Assembly: GCA_964016885.1 (NCBI GenBank)
Contig: OZ024742.1
Location: 145,700,001 to 145,764,000, forward strand
Reading direction: 5' to 3'
Length of the DNA: 64,000 bases
Origin: Eledone cirrhosa
Taxonomy: Eukaryota
The notes under the pieces are model-generated. The model was not told the DNA's origin, did no database searches, and worked only from the letters and a program-made list of their open reading frames with translations. Positions 11,331 through 22,913 of the stretch are shown here, piece by piece. A program made the position numbers and the translations under genes. Within the stretch, counting starts at the first letter, position 1, and the number at the start of each line of letters is the position of its first letter.

Positions 11331-11715
11331 TAACGGCGATGAATTAGTTTTGCGAGGTTTTTTATATGAAATCGTGTGTCGAAACAAATAAATAAATATA
11401 TAAACAGACTAAATAAAGATGGCGTAGAAAATACAAAATACAATGTAACGGGAGGAAACAATAGCACCACTGACGATGTTGCAGATGTGCAATGAAAGAA
11501 CTTTGATAAACTATATATATGTGTTTGTGTCTATATTGTATCTGTATTATTTTTGACCGTTGGTCAGTCAATGGCAACATTGAGGACCAAATAAATTAGA
11601 TTACCGATATAAAAGACACAGAAGCGAAAAGCGAAAACCAACCAAACAGTGAGTGTGTTCTGTTATTAATTCTGGCAATATTACACAAATATGACCCTCC
11701 CCAAGTATAACAATA
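11327..11715 (+). mobile_element. Non-coding hammerhead-bearing element in (TA)n, same family as 45802-46236
   Basis: Shares the 5' tag TGAAATC(G/A)TGTGT(C/T)GAAAC, an AA(G/A)ATGGCGTAG motif, the hammerhead-like core and the 3' end ATGACCCTCCC..AAGTATAACAATA with 45802-46236. Confidence 0.65.
11465..11508 (+). ncRNA. Variant hammerhead-like motif (stem I degenerate)
   Basis: cacca-CTGACGA-t-gttgca-gatg-tgcaat-GAAA-gaac-TT-tgata. Confidence 0.45.
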
Positions 11716-11738
11716 TATAAATATATATATACATATAC

Positions 11739-13814
11739 ATCATCATCATCATCATCATCAACGTTTAACGTCCGTGTTCCACGCTTGCATGGGTTTGGAC
11801 GGGGGTAGTCCCACTTGAGGCAAGAGTGATTGTCTTGCTCGCATAGGACTGTCTGGCAGGTTTTCTACAGTTGGATGCCCTTCCTAACACCAACCACATT
11901 TACAGTGTGGGTCTGGGAGGTTTTTACCGTGTTGCCTACACGGCCACATTACAGCGTGGACTGTGTGTTTTTTGTCGTGACACCTACACGATCTCATTTG
12001 TTTCGGCCTCGATGGCGCGGCACCAACATAACTTTACATAGAACGGGGTGGTGTGGATCGGGTGGGGGTGGGGGTGGTGGGACGGGGTGTATTTTGTTAG
12101 AGATGCCTACTGGCTGGAGTAGGTTTTACTATATATTTAGGTAAGGCGGGTCTTCTCTGTTACTGAGTACCGCCAAAGGTCTCGGTCCAGTGACATTGTC
12201 TTGGAGAGGTGTAAGTGTGTGATGTCGGAGTTTATCAGCTCGTCCCAGGTTTTTCTAGGTCTGCCTATTCCGTGACTACCGTCTATCTTTATTGCCCTGC
12301 ACTTTGTTATACAGCTATCGACTTTCATGCGCATCACGTGTCCATACCAACGTAGCCTTCTCTCGAGTAAACAACATCTGATCCCTCTTATCTCTAATTT
12401 ATTCCTTAGTTCGTTTATGCTTTGCCGTTCACGTATATTACTGTTACACATCCAGCGGAGCATGCAAGCTTCGTTCCTCTCTAGTCTGCGTATATCCTCT
12501 GCACACAATGCCCAGGTCTCACTGCCATGCAGCATTGCTGTTCGTATGCAGGCATCGTACAACCTGCCTTTCATTTTTAGTGAGAACCCTTTAGCAGCTA
12601 ATAGTGGTATAAGCTCTCTGAACTTTTTCCAACCAGTTCTGACTCTAGCTACAGTACTTTCAGAGCACCCTCCCCCACTGCTGATTTTATCGCCCAGGTA
12701 ACGGAAGCTGTCCACTATTTCTATAGAACCCTCTGCGCAATTGAAAGAGCTAGTAGTTTGTGGGCACTTGCTGCTACTTATTGCACCAGAGCACCGGCCA
12801 CATGTAAAATCTATGTTCTTAGTTAGCTTACCTGTGATCCCACTACATCTTTTATGCACCCATACTTTGCATTTAGGACATAAAATGGAGTTTCTACCTA
12901 CGCCTTTCCTACACACCGAGCACGACCATTTCCCCGAAGGGACCGCCGCCTTGTTTTCTTTCCTACAAACTAGTACTTTGGTCTTAGCCAGGTTAATTTT
13001 AAGTCCTTCTGACTCTAGGCCGTGCTTCCATGTTTGGAATTTCTTCTCTAGCTCGGCCATTGATTCCGCTATGAGTGTCAGGTCGTCTGCGTATAGGAGT
13101 TCCCATGGGCAGCCTGTCTTGAACTCCTCTGTTATAGCCTGAAGGGCAATAATAAATAGTAGTGGACTGAGAACAGAGCCCTGATGGACGCCGACTTTTA
13201 CGCTAAACTCTTCACTATATTCGTTGTTAATTCTAACCTTGCTGACTGTTTCTTTATACATGGCTTGTATAGCCCTCACAAGCCATTCGTCAACGCCTAG
13301 TTTTCTAAGAGCCCACCAGATAATGGAGCGGGGGACTCTGTCGAAGGCTTTCTCCAAGTCGACAAAAGCTAAGTAGAGGGGTTTACCTTTAGCTAGGTAC
13401 TTCTCCTGTAGTTGTCGTACTATGAAAAGAGCGTCTGTGGTACTTTTGCCTGACACAAACCCGAACTGCATTTCATCTAGGTCAATTCTCTCTCTGATTA
13501 GTTGCGCTATTACTCTTTCCGTGACCTTCATGACCTGGTCGATTAATTTAATGCCTCTATAGTTACTCCTATCTAGGGCGTCTCCTTTACCCTTATAACA
13601 GTTAACGATGATGCTGCTATGCCAGTCCTTCGGAACAACCCCGTTCTGTACGACTTGGTTAACTATGCGGGTGACCATGGTGTGTCCCACCGTGCCAGAT
13701 GCCTTCAGCATCTCAGCAACTATTTCCGAAGGCCCAGCCGCCTTACCAGTCTTCATATCCTTGATTGCCTTACTTATTATACTCCCCTCGACTAACACTG
13801 CTGGTCCCTCTATT
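11739..13814 (-). mobile_element. RTE-clade LINE, 5'-truncated; RT with PHD finger; 3' UTR and (ATG)n tail
   Basis: Open frame 13812-12137 contains [29 protein letters not shown], a C4HC3 finger and RRLRWYGHV. The N-terminus given in the ORF track is (TA)n artefact. Confidence 0.95.
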
Positions 13815-13869
13815 ATATATATATATATAAATATATATATATATACAAATATATAAATATATATATATA

Positions 13870-13921
<52 letters not shown>

Positions 13922-13989
13922 GGAAAAATTTGAACAGGGACAAAACAGAGAGGCAGTACAACAAATGTTTATTAATTTCACGCTTATAT

Positions 13990-14054
<65 letters not shown>

Positions 14055-14114
14055 CATATATATAAATATATATAAATATATATACATATACACATATATA
14101 AATATATATATATT

Positions 14115-14332
14115 GTGGAGGTGTCACGGCAAAAAAAAAGGCACCCAGCCCACACTGCAAAGTAGACGTGTAGGCGCCATGGTAAAAAAAAAAAAAAAAA
14201 AAAAAATCACCTAGCACTCACTGTAAATGAGGTTGGTGTTATTAAGGGCATCCAGCTGCAGAAATCAAGCCAGAATCAGTTCCCGTCCCACCCTTGCAAG
14301 CAGGGAAAAGCGGACGCAAAATGATGATGATG
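14115..14332 (+). mobile_element. SINE family 1, 3' half
   Basis: Reverse-complement match to 10152-10350. Confidence 0.8.
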
Positions 14333-14388
14333 ATATAAATATATATATATATATATATAAACATATATATATAAATATATATATCTAT

Positions 14389-14645
14389 ATGGCTTAGTGG
14401 TTAGCGCATTGGGCTTGCAATCGAAAGGTTGTGAGTTCAATTCTCGGACCGGGTGATTTGTTGTTTCCTTGAGCAAGACACTTTATTTCACGTTGCTCCA
14501 GTTTATTCAGCTGTAGAAATGAGTACTGGCCTGCCCACCCAGTCAGTGGGATGGCGTAATCTTATGGCTAAAACAGCACGATGTGCTGTGACCAGTGGCG
14601 CCGATCGGCGCCCGACAAACTGGTCGGTCAAGGTGATCAAGGTGA
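14389..14645 (+). mobile_element. SINE with family 1 tRNA/CORE head and a different, structured 3' tail
   Basis: Head matches family 1 to ~14523, then a GC-rich hairpin region ending in (CAAGGTGAT)2. Confidence 0.6.
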
Positions 14646-16689
14646 TATATATATATACATATATATATATCTATCATCATCATCATTTTACGTCCGCCTC
14701 TCCCTGCATGCAAGGGTGGGACGGGAACCGATTCTGGCCCGATCTCCACAGCTGGGTGCCTTTTTTCTGTGGCGCCCACACGTCCACCCTATATTATATA
14801 TATATATATATACAATGGCGGTCTGAGTCTAAAAATATTGGTTGCCTGGAGATAAAGGGGGCCCACACATATATAGAATGCTATCGTTTAATTTTTATAA
14901 TGAATAAATAACATTTTCAAAAATTACATACGTGAAAACAAAACAGTGCAATCAATATAATGTCATATAGATAAATAGGGAGAAAAAGCAAAGTAATTGT
15001 ACCAACCAGATTAGATAACTCCAATTGATCAACTGATATATGTTGTTCATATAGCTTACTGGGACATATAACTTACTGGGACATACAGCATCATCATCAA
15101 CATATATATTGTAACCTTTAAACTTATCATTTAGGTGGGTTTAGATGACTAACCTATATTTCCTAAGGGTGTTTATGTACTTTCTGTTATTTTGAAATAT
15201 ATAAAATAAAAAAAAATACAATAAACCCTGGGGGTAGGGAAACTAACCCCATTTCTCCCCATGAAACGTAAAGTTTAAAGATGCATTATAAATGGATTTG
15301 GTTTGGTAGTTGTGTAAGTTTATGCATAGATAACATTTTTTGTTTTGAGGTGGCTTAATTCATAGTAAATATGTGTGCTTGCATAAATATATAAACATTC
15401 CCCCACCAACCCACACACACACACACATACATAAATGTATTTTTACACATACACGCATGCATACATAAACTCATACATACACACACATATGCATATATAC
15501 TATGGAAGAGAAAAGCAAAGGAAAACATTGGATGTTGTGATGAAAGCTGACCTTGCATAGCTCAATCTCACAAAGATAATGCAGGACATTTGCCATAGGA
15601 TGAACTGGATGAAAGGTGCATGAGGAGGATTGAAGTGTAAAGGCTGACAGATATAGTGACCCTTAGGCATCCCTATTCTAATATTTCTCCTCCCCTACCT
15701 TGGTTTTCCTCCCTGCTAAGTGTATACCCTTTCTTTTCTTAAGATAATGCTGTGAGAGTGAACCTTGTCTATAAGCCAGCTTAGTTAAAGCAACAAACCT
15801 GTTTTAATCTTATTAGATCTCTTCAGCATAGTATGGCCACTAAGCAAGTTGGTCTGGGTGGGATGTGTCTTTTCCAGCATACCATTTCTCCACACATTCC
15901 ACCTGGAATGAGAGGTGGGGAAACAGTATTGTTTCGAAAAGACCTAGATCTTAAGGTACAGATGATCTTCCTGAACACAGATGGTAAATTGATGGCACTG
16001 AATTTAGATTGGGAAAGACTGCCGAATTTCTTCAGGCATCAGGAAGTCTTTCTTGGAATGTCTCGCCTTTTACTGATCAGATGGTTCCAACTGTCTGACA
16101 GGTACCAACTAGTAACATGTGCTCATCTTGTTCACTAAAGACTGAATTGTGGTTTTGTTGCCAAGTGGCAACTCTACCACTCAAGCCCATCAAACAGCTT
16201 TTGTTCCCTCATGTCTCAGAGCATATATCTTAGCTCTGACAATGCAACTTTCATGTTTCTTATTGAACAATTGATCTAATGTCACTCCTAATTGCCTCTT
16301 CTAGTTTAGCTACTAATTCCCCCTCTGCTCTATTTTTTTTTCTATTGCTCTTTCTTTAGTAAAAGCTATTGATTCTACTCCAAGTGCACCACCACCTGAT
16401 GTTGACAATTGCCCCAGTCAACTATTGCTGAACTAACGTGCTGATCTGGTCTTTGTAGACTTTATGTACCAGGAATGAAGTGTTAAGTTTCCAGTAACTG
16501 GGTCCCTGTCTACATGTCCTATCTAGGTCGACCATCCGGATCACAAATTTGTGGTCTGAATGGGCAACCGTTTGTAACTGTTGACACTCAACACTATCCT
16601 TAATAATAATAAAAAATGCTCTCTAAGTATGATTTAAATGATCCTATGTGATTATTCCATGTCCACACTCACACATTCAGGAAATCTAG

Positions 16690-18620
16690 TTGATACCTAG
16701 ATATTTCCATGATTTGTCAAAGACCCTCCATGCTGTTTGTCAGTTAGTTTGAACTCAACAATATCCCTATATCTCTTTGCCGGACATTTAGCATAGTCTT
16801 TACCAGGGAGGCTTAAAAAGCATGTTTCTCTATAATTAGAGCAATGTCTCTTGTCTTGCTTTTTGAAAATTGGGATTATCATATCTGATACCATTATTTA
16901 GGTGCCTTTCTGGTTATCATATCTGATACCATTATTTAGGTGCCTTTCTCTCTAATGGGCGGTGGATTGGCAGTATCGGTAGAGGGTCGGACGCCATGCT
17001 TTCCAGCATAGTTACGTCCCTTTACGATCTGAGTTCAAATCCCGCCGAGGTTGACTTTGCCTTTCATCCTTACGGGGTCGATAAAATAAAGTACCAGTAA
17101 TGCACTGGGTAATTGCTGGCCTTGTGCCTAAAGTAGAAACAATTATTTAGGTGCCTTTCCATAGATCCAGGCACACATGAGCCAACCAGGGCATGCCTTC
17201 ACTATTTAAGGCTTTTGACACCTCGGGCCAAATTTCATCCTTCTCAGATGCTTTGCCACGTTTGAATGCTTTAATTTTTCTGGTGACCTCAGCCTCTGAG
17301 AAGTTAGTTTCACCCTTAGATATAGCTCATGTACATCAAAAGATGTTGTTGTGAACAGATTGAGGAAATCAGCAAAGTTTACTCTTTAACATATGAAGAT
17401 GCAGCTCTCTTCATAGAGAGAACCCCTGATAGCAGACATGGAGATGTTGGATGGTCTGCCAGAATAGATTAATTGCTGATCTAAAGTTGGACACCTTTAT
17501 TGTCACTGCTGTGATTTTTTATACCTGTTTGAACCTTGCATGTAAAAGGAAAATTTGTTTCCAAGCCAATCTTTGTAAGCCTCTTTCTTTGCTTGGATGG
17601 CATCATTAATCTCCTGATTGAACTAAGGCATCTTTCTGCCACCCAGCACTGCACTGAGCCACTTTCCCCATGCAGCATTCAACTACTGAAGTAGAAACTG
17701 CCAAACTGAACAGTCTGTACTCCATTTCAACTCCCTTGATTTGTTAAAGGAGTACTTTGAATTTGGATGCAATAGTATCTGCAAACTTGGTCCTGACCTC
17801 CTCACCAGCCAAATCTTCTAAATTTATAATGTAGGCTGACTTGAACCTGCCAGTTTTGTAGGTTTTCTTGACTTTAGCTCTCTGATTGCATATAACTAGA
17901 TGGTGATCAGTTGACAGCTCATCCCCTTTCTTAACACAAACATCCAGCACAGAATCAAAGAGATCAGAGACAATAAAAAAATCACTTAGTAACCTTTGTC
18001 CTCAATTTCCCTTATACCATGTATACAGGTGGATGTCTTTGTGCTGGAAGGTGTTCATAATAGAGAACAGAAGTCTAGTAAAACCTCTCAATTCGTATTT
18101 AGATCAGGCTCAACATTCCTTCCAATCACTCCTTCCTATGTCAAGGGGTCTGTGCCAACCTATGCATTGAAGTCTCTCATTAGGATATATGACTCAGTCG
18201 TAACTACATCTAACACTGCAGTGACGTCATCAAGGAAGGTTCTCTATTCAGTCTCTCTGTTTGGCACCATACACAGAGACTTTTCTGTCAGCCTAAGCTC
18301 CAAGAAACAAATCGTCCCTCCCAATATGATCTAGTCCGTAACACATTCCGATAGCCAGGGACTTACGAGTATCCCACTTTCACCTGTCTTTTCTGGTACC
18401 ACACCTAAATATTTAAGTTTTTATCCTCCATCCAAATCTACAGTACCAAAACCACAGAACTTTGTTGAGGAAACTTCAATGATATCTAGCCAGTAACATC
18501 TCGCTGCCTCCACCAATTTCTGCTCCTTACCTGTAAGGGTTGCAATGTTCCAATTGTTAATTGTTAAAGGTTGCTCCCTTCTGGACCATCTTTGTGGTCT
18601 CAGGATATGCACGATTTAAG
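16690..18620 (-). mobile_element. Old RTE-type LINE (APE endonuclease to RT start), frameshifted, interrupted by a SINE
   Basis: Remnants NWNIATLTGKEQKLVE..LDIIEVSSTK, STDHHLVIC and IIPIFKK.DKRHCSNYR..LSLPGK.YAK. Confidence 0.8.
16958..17147 (+). mobile_element. SINE family 2 (Nin/Deu-domain-like)
   Basis: GGCGGTGGATTGGCAG head, B box GAGTTCAAATCC, core GCCGAGGTTGACTTTGCCTTTCATCCTTACGGGGTCGATAAA, and an (ATT)n tail. Confidence 0.85.
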
Positions 18621-19230
18621 CAGCCATCCCACGTCCCCCAGGACAGGTTGCAGGCCCATCTCAAATTTTTACAAAGTTAGATGGAGACTGCAATATATTT
18701 TTGGAACAGGCTCCTCTATCTAAAGCCTAAACTAGTTCTTTGTTGCCCTGCACAAAGGACAAACTGGTATAATCGCTTTTATTGAATCTGACCATACTGT
18801 AATTTGTTGTGGTCTTATGCGAGCCAGTCATCAATGTGCTGATTTTCTCAGACATGCAAAGTCTAGGCCTTTTCAGAGGCTGCATTTACTCGTATCTTCG
18901 TAATTACATCGCTTGTTTTTTGCTCCATCTCTCCTAGTAGCTTACTGCTGTTCGGTCCGGGGCTGCTAATTTACCCAGTGGGAGCCCTCATAATTGCAAC
19001 TAACCATCATATCTAGTGGTTGTGTCGCTCTCCGCCACCTGTGACCCATTCTCTAACAGAACAGATTTGGAGACAAGGGAGAGAACTCCGTAATGAATAA
19101 TCGCGCGCGTGTATTTATGTTTGTGTCAGTATGCATTAATGACTGAGTGTTAACGAAATAAAATAATTTTACAATTTTCCTATATTTTTTTTTCTATAAA
19201 TATTAAAAGGTATAATAAAAAAACTTGCAT

Positions 19231-19447
19231 CTGGATTGGCAGTATTGGTAGAGCGTCAGTCACCATGCTTTGCAGCACAGAGTTATGGCCCTTTACGTTC
19301 TGAGTTCAAATCCCGCCGAGGTTAGCTTTGGCTTTCATCCTTACGGGGTCGATAAAATACAGTAACAGTAATGCATTGGCCTCGATTTAATCGACTTTCC
19401 CCTCCCCAGAAATTGTTGGCCTTGTGCCTAAATCACAAGCCATTATT
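19231..19447 (+). mobile_element. SINE family 2 copy
   Basis: Homologous to 16958-17147. Confidence 0.8.
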
Positions 19448-19545
19448 CCTCCTTACGGGGGACAAATATAAATTATAGGAAAATAAAATTGTTATTTTGT
19501 TAACACTTTCAACGCCAACTTTAACACTCCCACACATCATAATTA

Positions 19546-19591
<46 letters not shown>

Positions 19592-20311
19592 ATATGTATT
19601 TATACACGCACAGACGCGCGTGAGTGTGTGTGTGTATGTGTGTTACCAGCGACATCAGAGATGTTTAAAGAGAAGTCATTCTGAATCCTTTTACGAAGGA
19701 GTTATTTCCCTTGACAGAAGAAAAATTTTGAAAAAAATATTTTTTAATGCAGAAGTGTGAGATCATAAAATCAATGGTACCCCACATGATAAGTTAACTC
19801 ATATTGGTTTCTAAATATAACCATTTTGCGGTATTTCATATCATTTTTCAAGCATAATAAATATTTTTCTTTCTGATATGATTCATCAAACATAATTGAC
19901 ATGTATATTAATTTCGGTAATTCTGATTTTTTTTTTATCAAACATGAGTAAATATAAAAATAAAAAAGGTTTTGATGAGGGAGGATGTGAGAGAGAAGAG
20001 TTTGATAAGAAGAGAAGTGGGAGAGAAAAGTATCGATGGGAATGGGAATGAGAAAGAATGTGTAATATTGATAGGAGCAGTCACAATTTATTGGTCATCA
20101 ATTCTGATGTGTCATGTACTGAACTGATATCGGTGCCTAGATTGTAGTGTCTTGTACTTAACATATTGGCCTATCTTCATAGCTCCAGAGCCCTTGATGG
20201 GGGATACTGCATCTTTAAATAGAAGGAGGAAGGGTTGCAAACAATGCTTATACATGATAGTATGTTGACAGTCATCATACATATATGCATATATATATAA
20301 TCATTATCATG

Positions 20312-20497
20312 AATTGGCAGTATCAGTTGAAGGTCGGATGCCATGCTTTACAGAAAAGAGTTACGGCCCTTTATGGTCTGAGTTCAAATCCCGCCGAGGT
20401 TAACTTTGCCTTTCATCCTTACGGGATCGATAAAATAAAGTACCAGTAATACACTGGGATAATTGCTGGTCTTGTGCCAAAAGTAGAAACAATTATC
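20312..20497 (+). mobile_element. SINE family 2 copy
   Basis: Homologous to 16958-17147. Confidence 0.8.
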
Positions 20498-21439
20498 AAT
20501 CAACATCTGTTTTCCCTTGCTAGTAAGAATATATATATACAATATATCATCATTTAATGTCTACTTTCTACATAGACAAAATCAGTACTGAAGCGGGGCC
20601 ACTGACCTCGAAGCAGGCCAAGCGTCTGTATCCTGCTTATATTCAGGTATATCAAATGCAGAGGAGAATTGTCATGTCTTTTGACACAAACTGAAGGGTC
20701 CTCCTAATCCCTTGTTTGGCAAGCTTTCTATGTCTGAATGCCCTTGTTTACACTAACCACTTTTCAGCATATACTGGGGACTTTTATTGTGTAGCACACC
20801 AGTGAAGCTGTTGTGTCTTTAACTCTCAACCCTTTAGGCATGGTTTCTACTGCAGGGTGCCCTTCTTGTTGTCAACCATTCTTATGGAGTGTACCAAGAG
20901 CATTTTCGGGGCACCATCACTAGAGAGGTTGTTGGTCATAAACCCAACTGTAGAGTGCTCTCAACTCTGAGGAGGGAAATAGGCATGAAGTTATAGGTGT
21001 ATGTTGGGGTTTGGCAGGGCAATGAGTAATGTTAGGGGTTGATGATTAGTGTATGTTGATATCGTGGTGTGAAGGATGTGGTCAATATGGTGGAGTGGGA
21101 GTGTGATGGAGGGATAGGTAGGGGTAATAAAGGATGAGTAAGGGGTAAAGGTAGCTGATTAGTGTATAGGGAGAGGGTATGTTGTGGCATGGGAGTTATG
21201 CTCGATAGAGAGGGAGTCATGGTGGAGAGATTGGTAAGAAGGCAGAGAGGTGGTAAGGGGTGGTAGTAGGGGTGAACAAGGGGTAGAGAGAGTAGCTACT
21301 AGGGTACAATAGTGAGGATATCTAAGATCTTTAGAGGTGGGTAGTAGTTAAGGAATGGTTCTGGGGGGTACAGTGGTGATGAGGAGAGATGGTGAGAAGT
21401 GCTAGTGAGCAGTAGGAAGGCTCATGAATGGGTCAGGTC

Positions 21440-22179
21440 ATATTGTATGCTTCTGTCTTAGTCTTCATCTTCACAACATAGTGCTAGCCTTCTCAGTTCT
21501 TTGTCATCTCAGCTGTAAGACTTAGTTTCTTAAGGTCAGCCTTCACAACCTCAACCCATGTCTTCCTTGGTCTGCCTTTTCCATGTGTTCCAGCTACTGG
21601 GATTTCTCTACATTTCTTTTTGCAGCTGCTATCCTCCATATGCATCATATGTCAATACCAGCGCAGTTTTCTCTCTTGCACACTACATCCTATTCCTATT
21701 ATATCAAGTTTTCCTCTCAGTTCACTTATACTATGTTGTTCATGCAAACTAACATTACACATCCATCGGAACATACTCGCTTCATTTCTTGCCAGCCTTT
21801 GCAGGTTTTCTGCAAACTTCTAAAAAGCCTCCCCGGCAGCTGAAGGAATCTACTTCACATGAGTTCTTGGTGCTTACTTCTCCTGTGCACCTGCTACATT
21901 CAAAGTCTATCTTTTCTGTTAATCTACCTGCAATCCCACTTCACCTCTTGTGTGTCCATAGATTTCACTGTGTGCACCTTATAGAAATTCTGCTCACCCT
22001 TTCAAACATATCAAACAAGGCCATTTCCCTGATGGTATCAATCTCCTGTCCTCTTTCCTATTAGCACTTTCATCTTTGCTAAGTTTAGTTTTAGTCCTTT
22101 CAACTCTAGGTTCTTCTTTCATGTTTGAAAATTTGTCTCTAACTCTCTTATGGATTCAGCTATAAGAACTCGATCATCA

Positions 22180-22180
<1 letters not shown>
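21440..22180 (-). mobile_element. Old RTE LINE 3' fragment of the PHD-bearing type
   Basis: Remnants of YTDD, the PHD finger (WTHKR*SGI...CSRC) and GRPRKTW. Confidence 0.65.
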
Positions 22181-22241
<61 letters not shown>

Positions 22242-22244
<3 letters not shown>

Positions 22245-22526
22245 GGAGGTGAGTTTTATTGTAGTACAATAAAGCAATGCAGATATCGGATAAGAAGCAC
22301 TCTACAGTTTGTAGGACTGGAGTATACATAATATATAAGATCAAAAGATAGTTAAATGAGTTCCATGTTGATTTAAAACTGCACTATCCACAAGTGTTTT
22401 TTAACCTTCATATCATGTCCTCCTATTTTATCTGATGAAAACACAAATGTTATTGCATGATGATATTTGTTTTTGAAATGCGCATAATAAAATACATGGA
22501 ACTCATTTAACCATCTTTTGATCTTA

Positions 22527-22534
<8 letters not shown>
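22242..22534 (+). mobile_element. Solo Penelope-like pLTR fragment with inverted tail, in (TA)n
   Basis: Tag with AGCACTCTACAGTTT. Inverted repeat 22332-22368 / 22494-22530 brackets a hammerhead. Confidence 0.75.
22424..22494 (+). ncRNA. Minimal type I hammerhead ribozyme, intact core
   Basis: tattttat-CTGATGA-[~16-bp stem II with one mismatch]-GAAA-tgcgca-TA-ataaaata. 8-bp stem I and palindromic stem III. Confidence 0.88.
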
Positions 22535-22588
<54 letters not shown>

Positions 22589-22913
22589 TAATCATCATCA
22601 TCATCATCATCATCTTCATTTAACATTTTCTTTACATCCATTTTTCCATGTTCTCATCAGTTGGACAAGTCTTTTCCAATACAGTCTCCCTACACATGTT
22701 CTATTCCTTTGCTGTCTCCTCTGTGAGGCTCGGTATTTTGAAATCTGCTCTCATCACCTCCAACTAGGTCTTCTTTGGTCTTAGTTTCAGTTTTTTTAGT
22801 TTCAGTTTACTTTCACTTACACTTTATTCTCAGTTTCACTTTCTGATTCAATTTAATTTTACTTTCACTTTCATGTTAGGTTCTCTTTCATTTGGTTTCA
22901 CATTCACTTACAC

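Noticed and set aside
12327-13856. + strand ORFs over the RTE copies (also 59193-61233)
   Set aside because: Antisense shadows of the LINE ORF.
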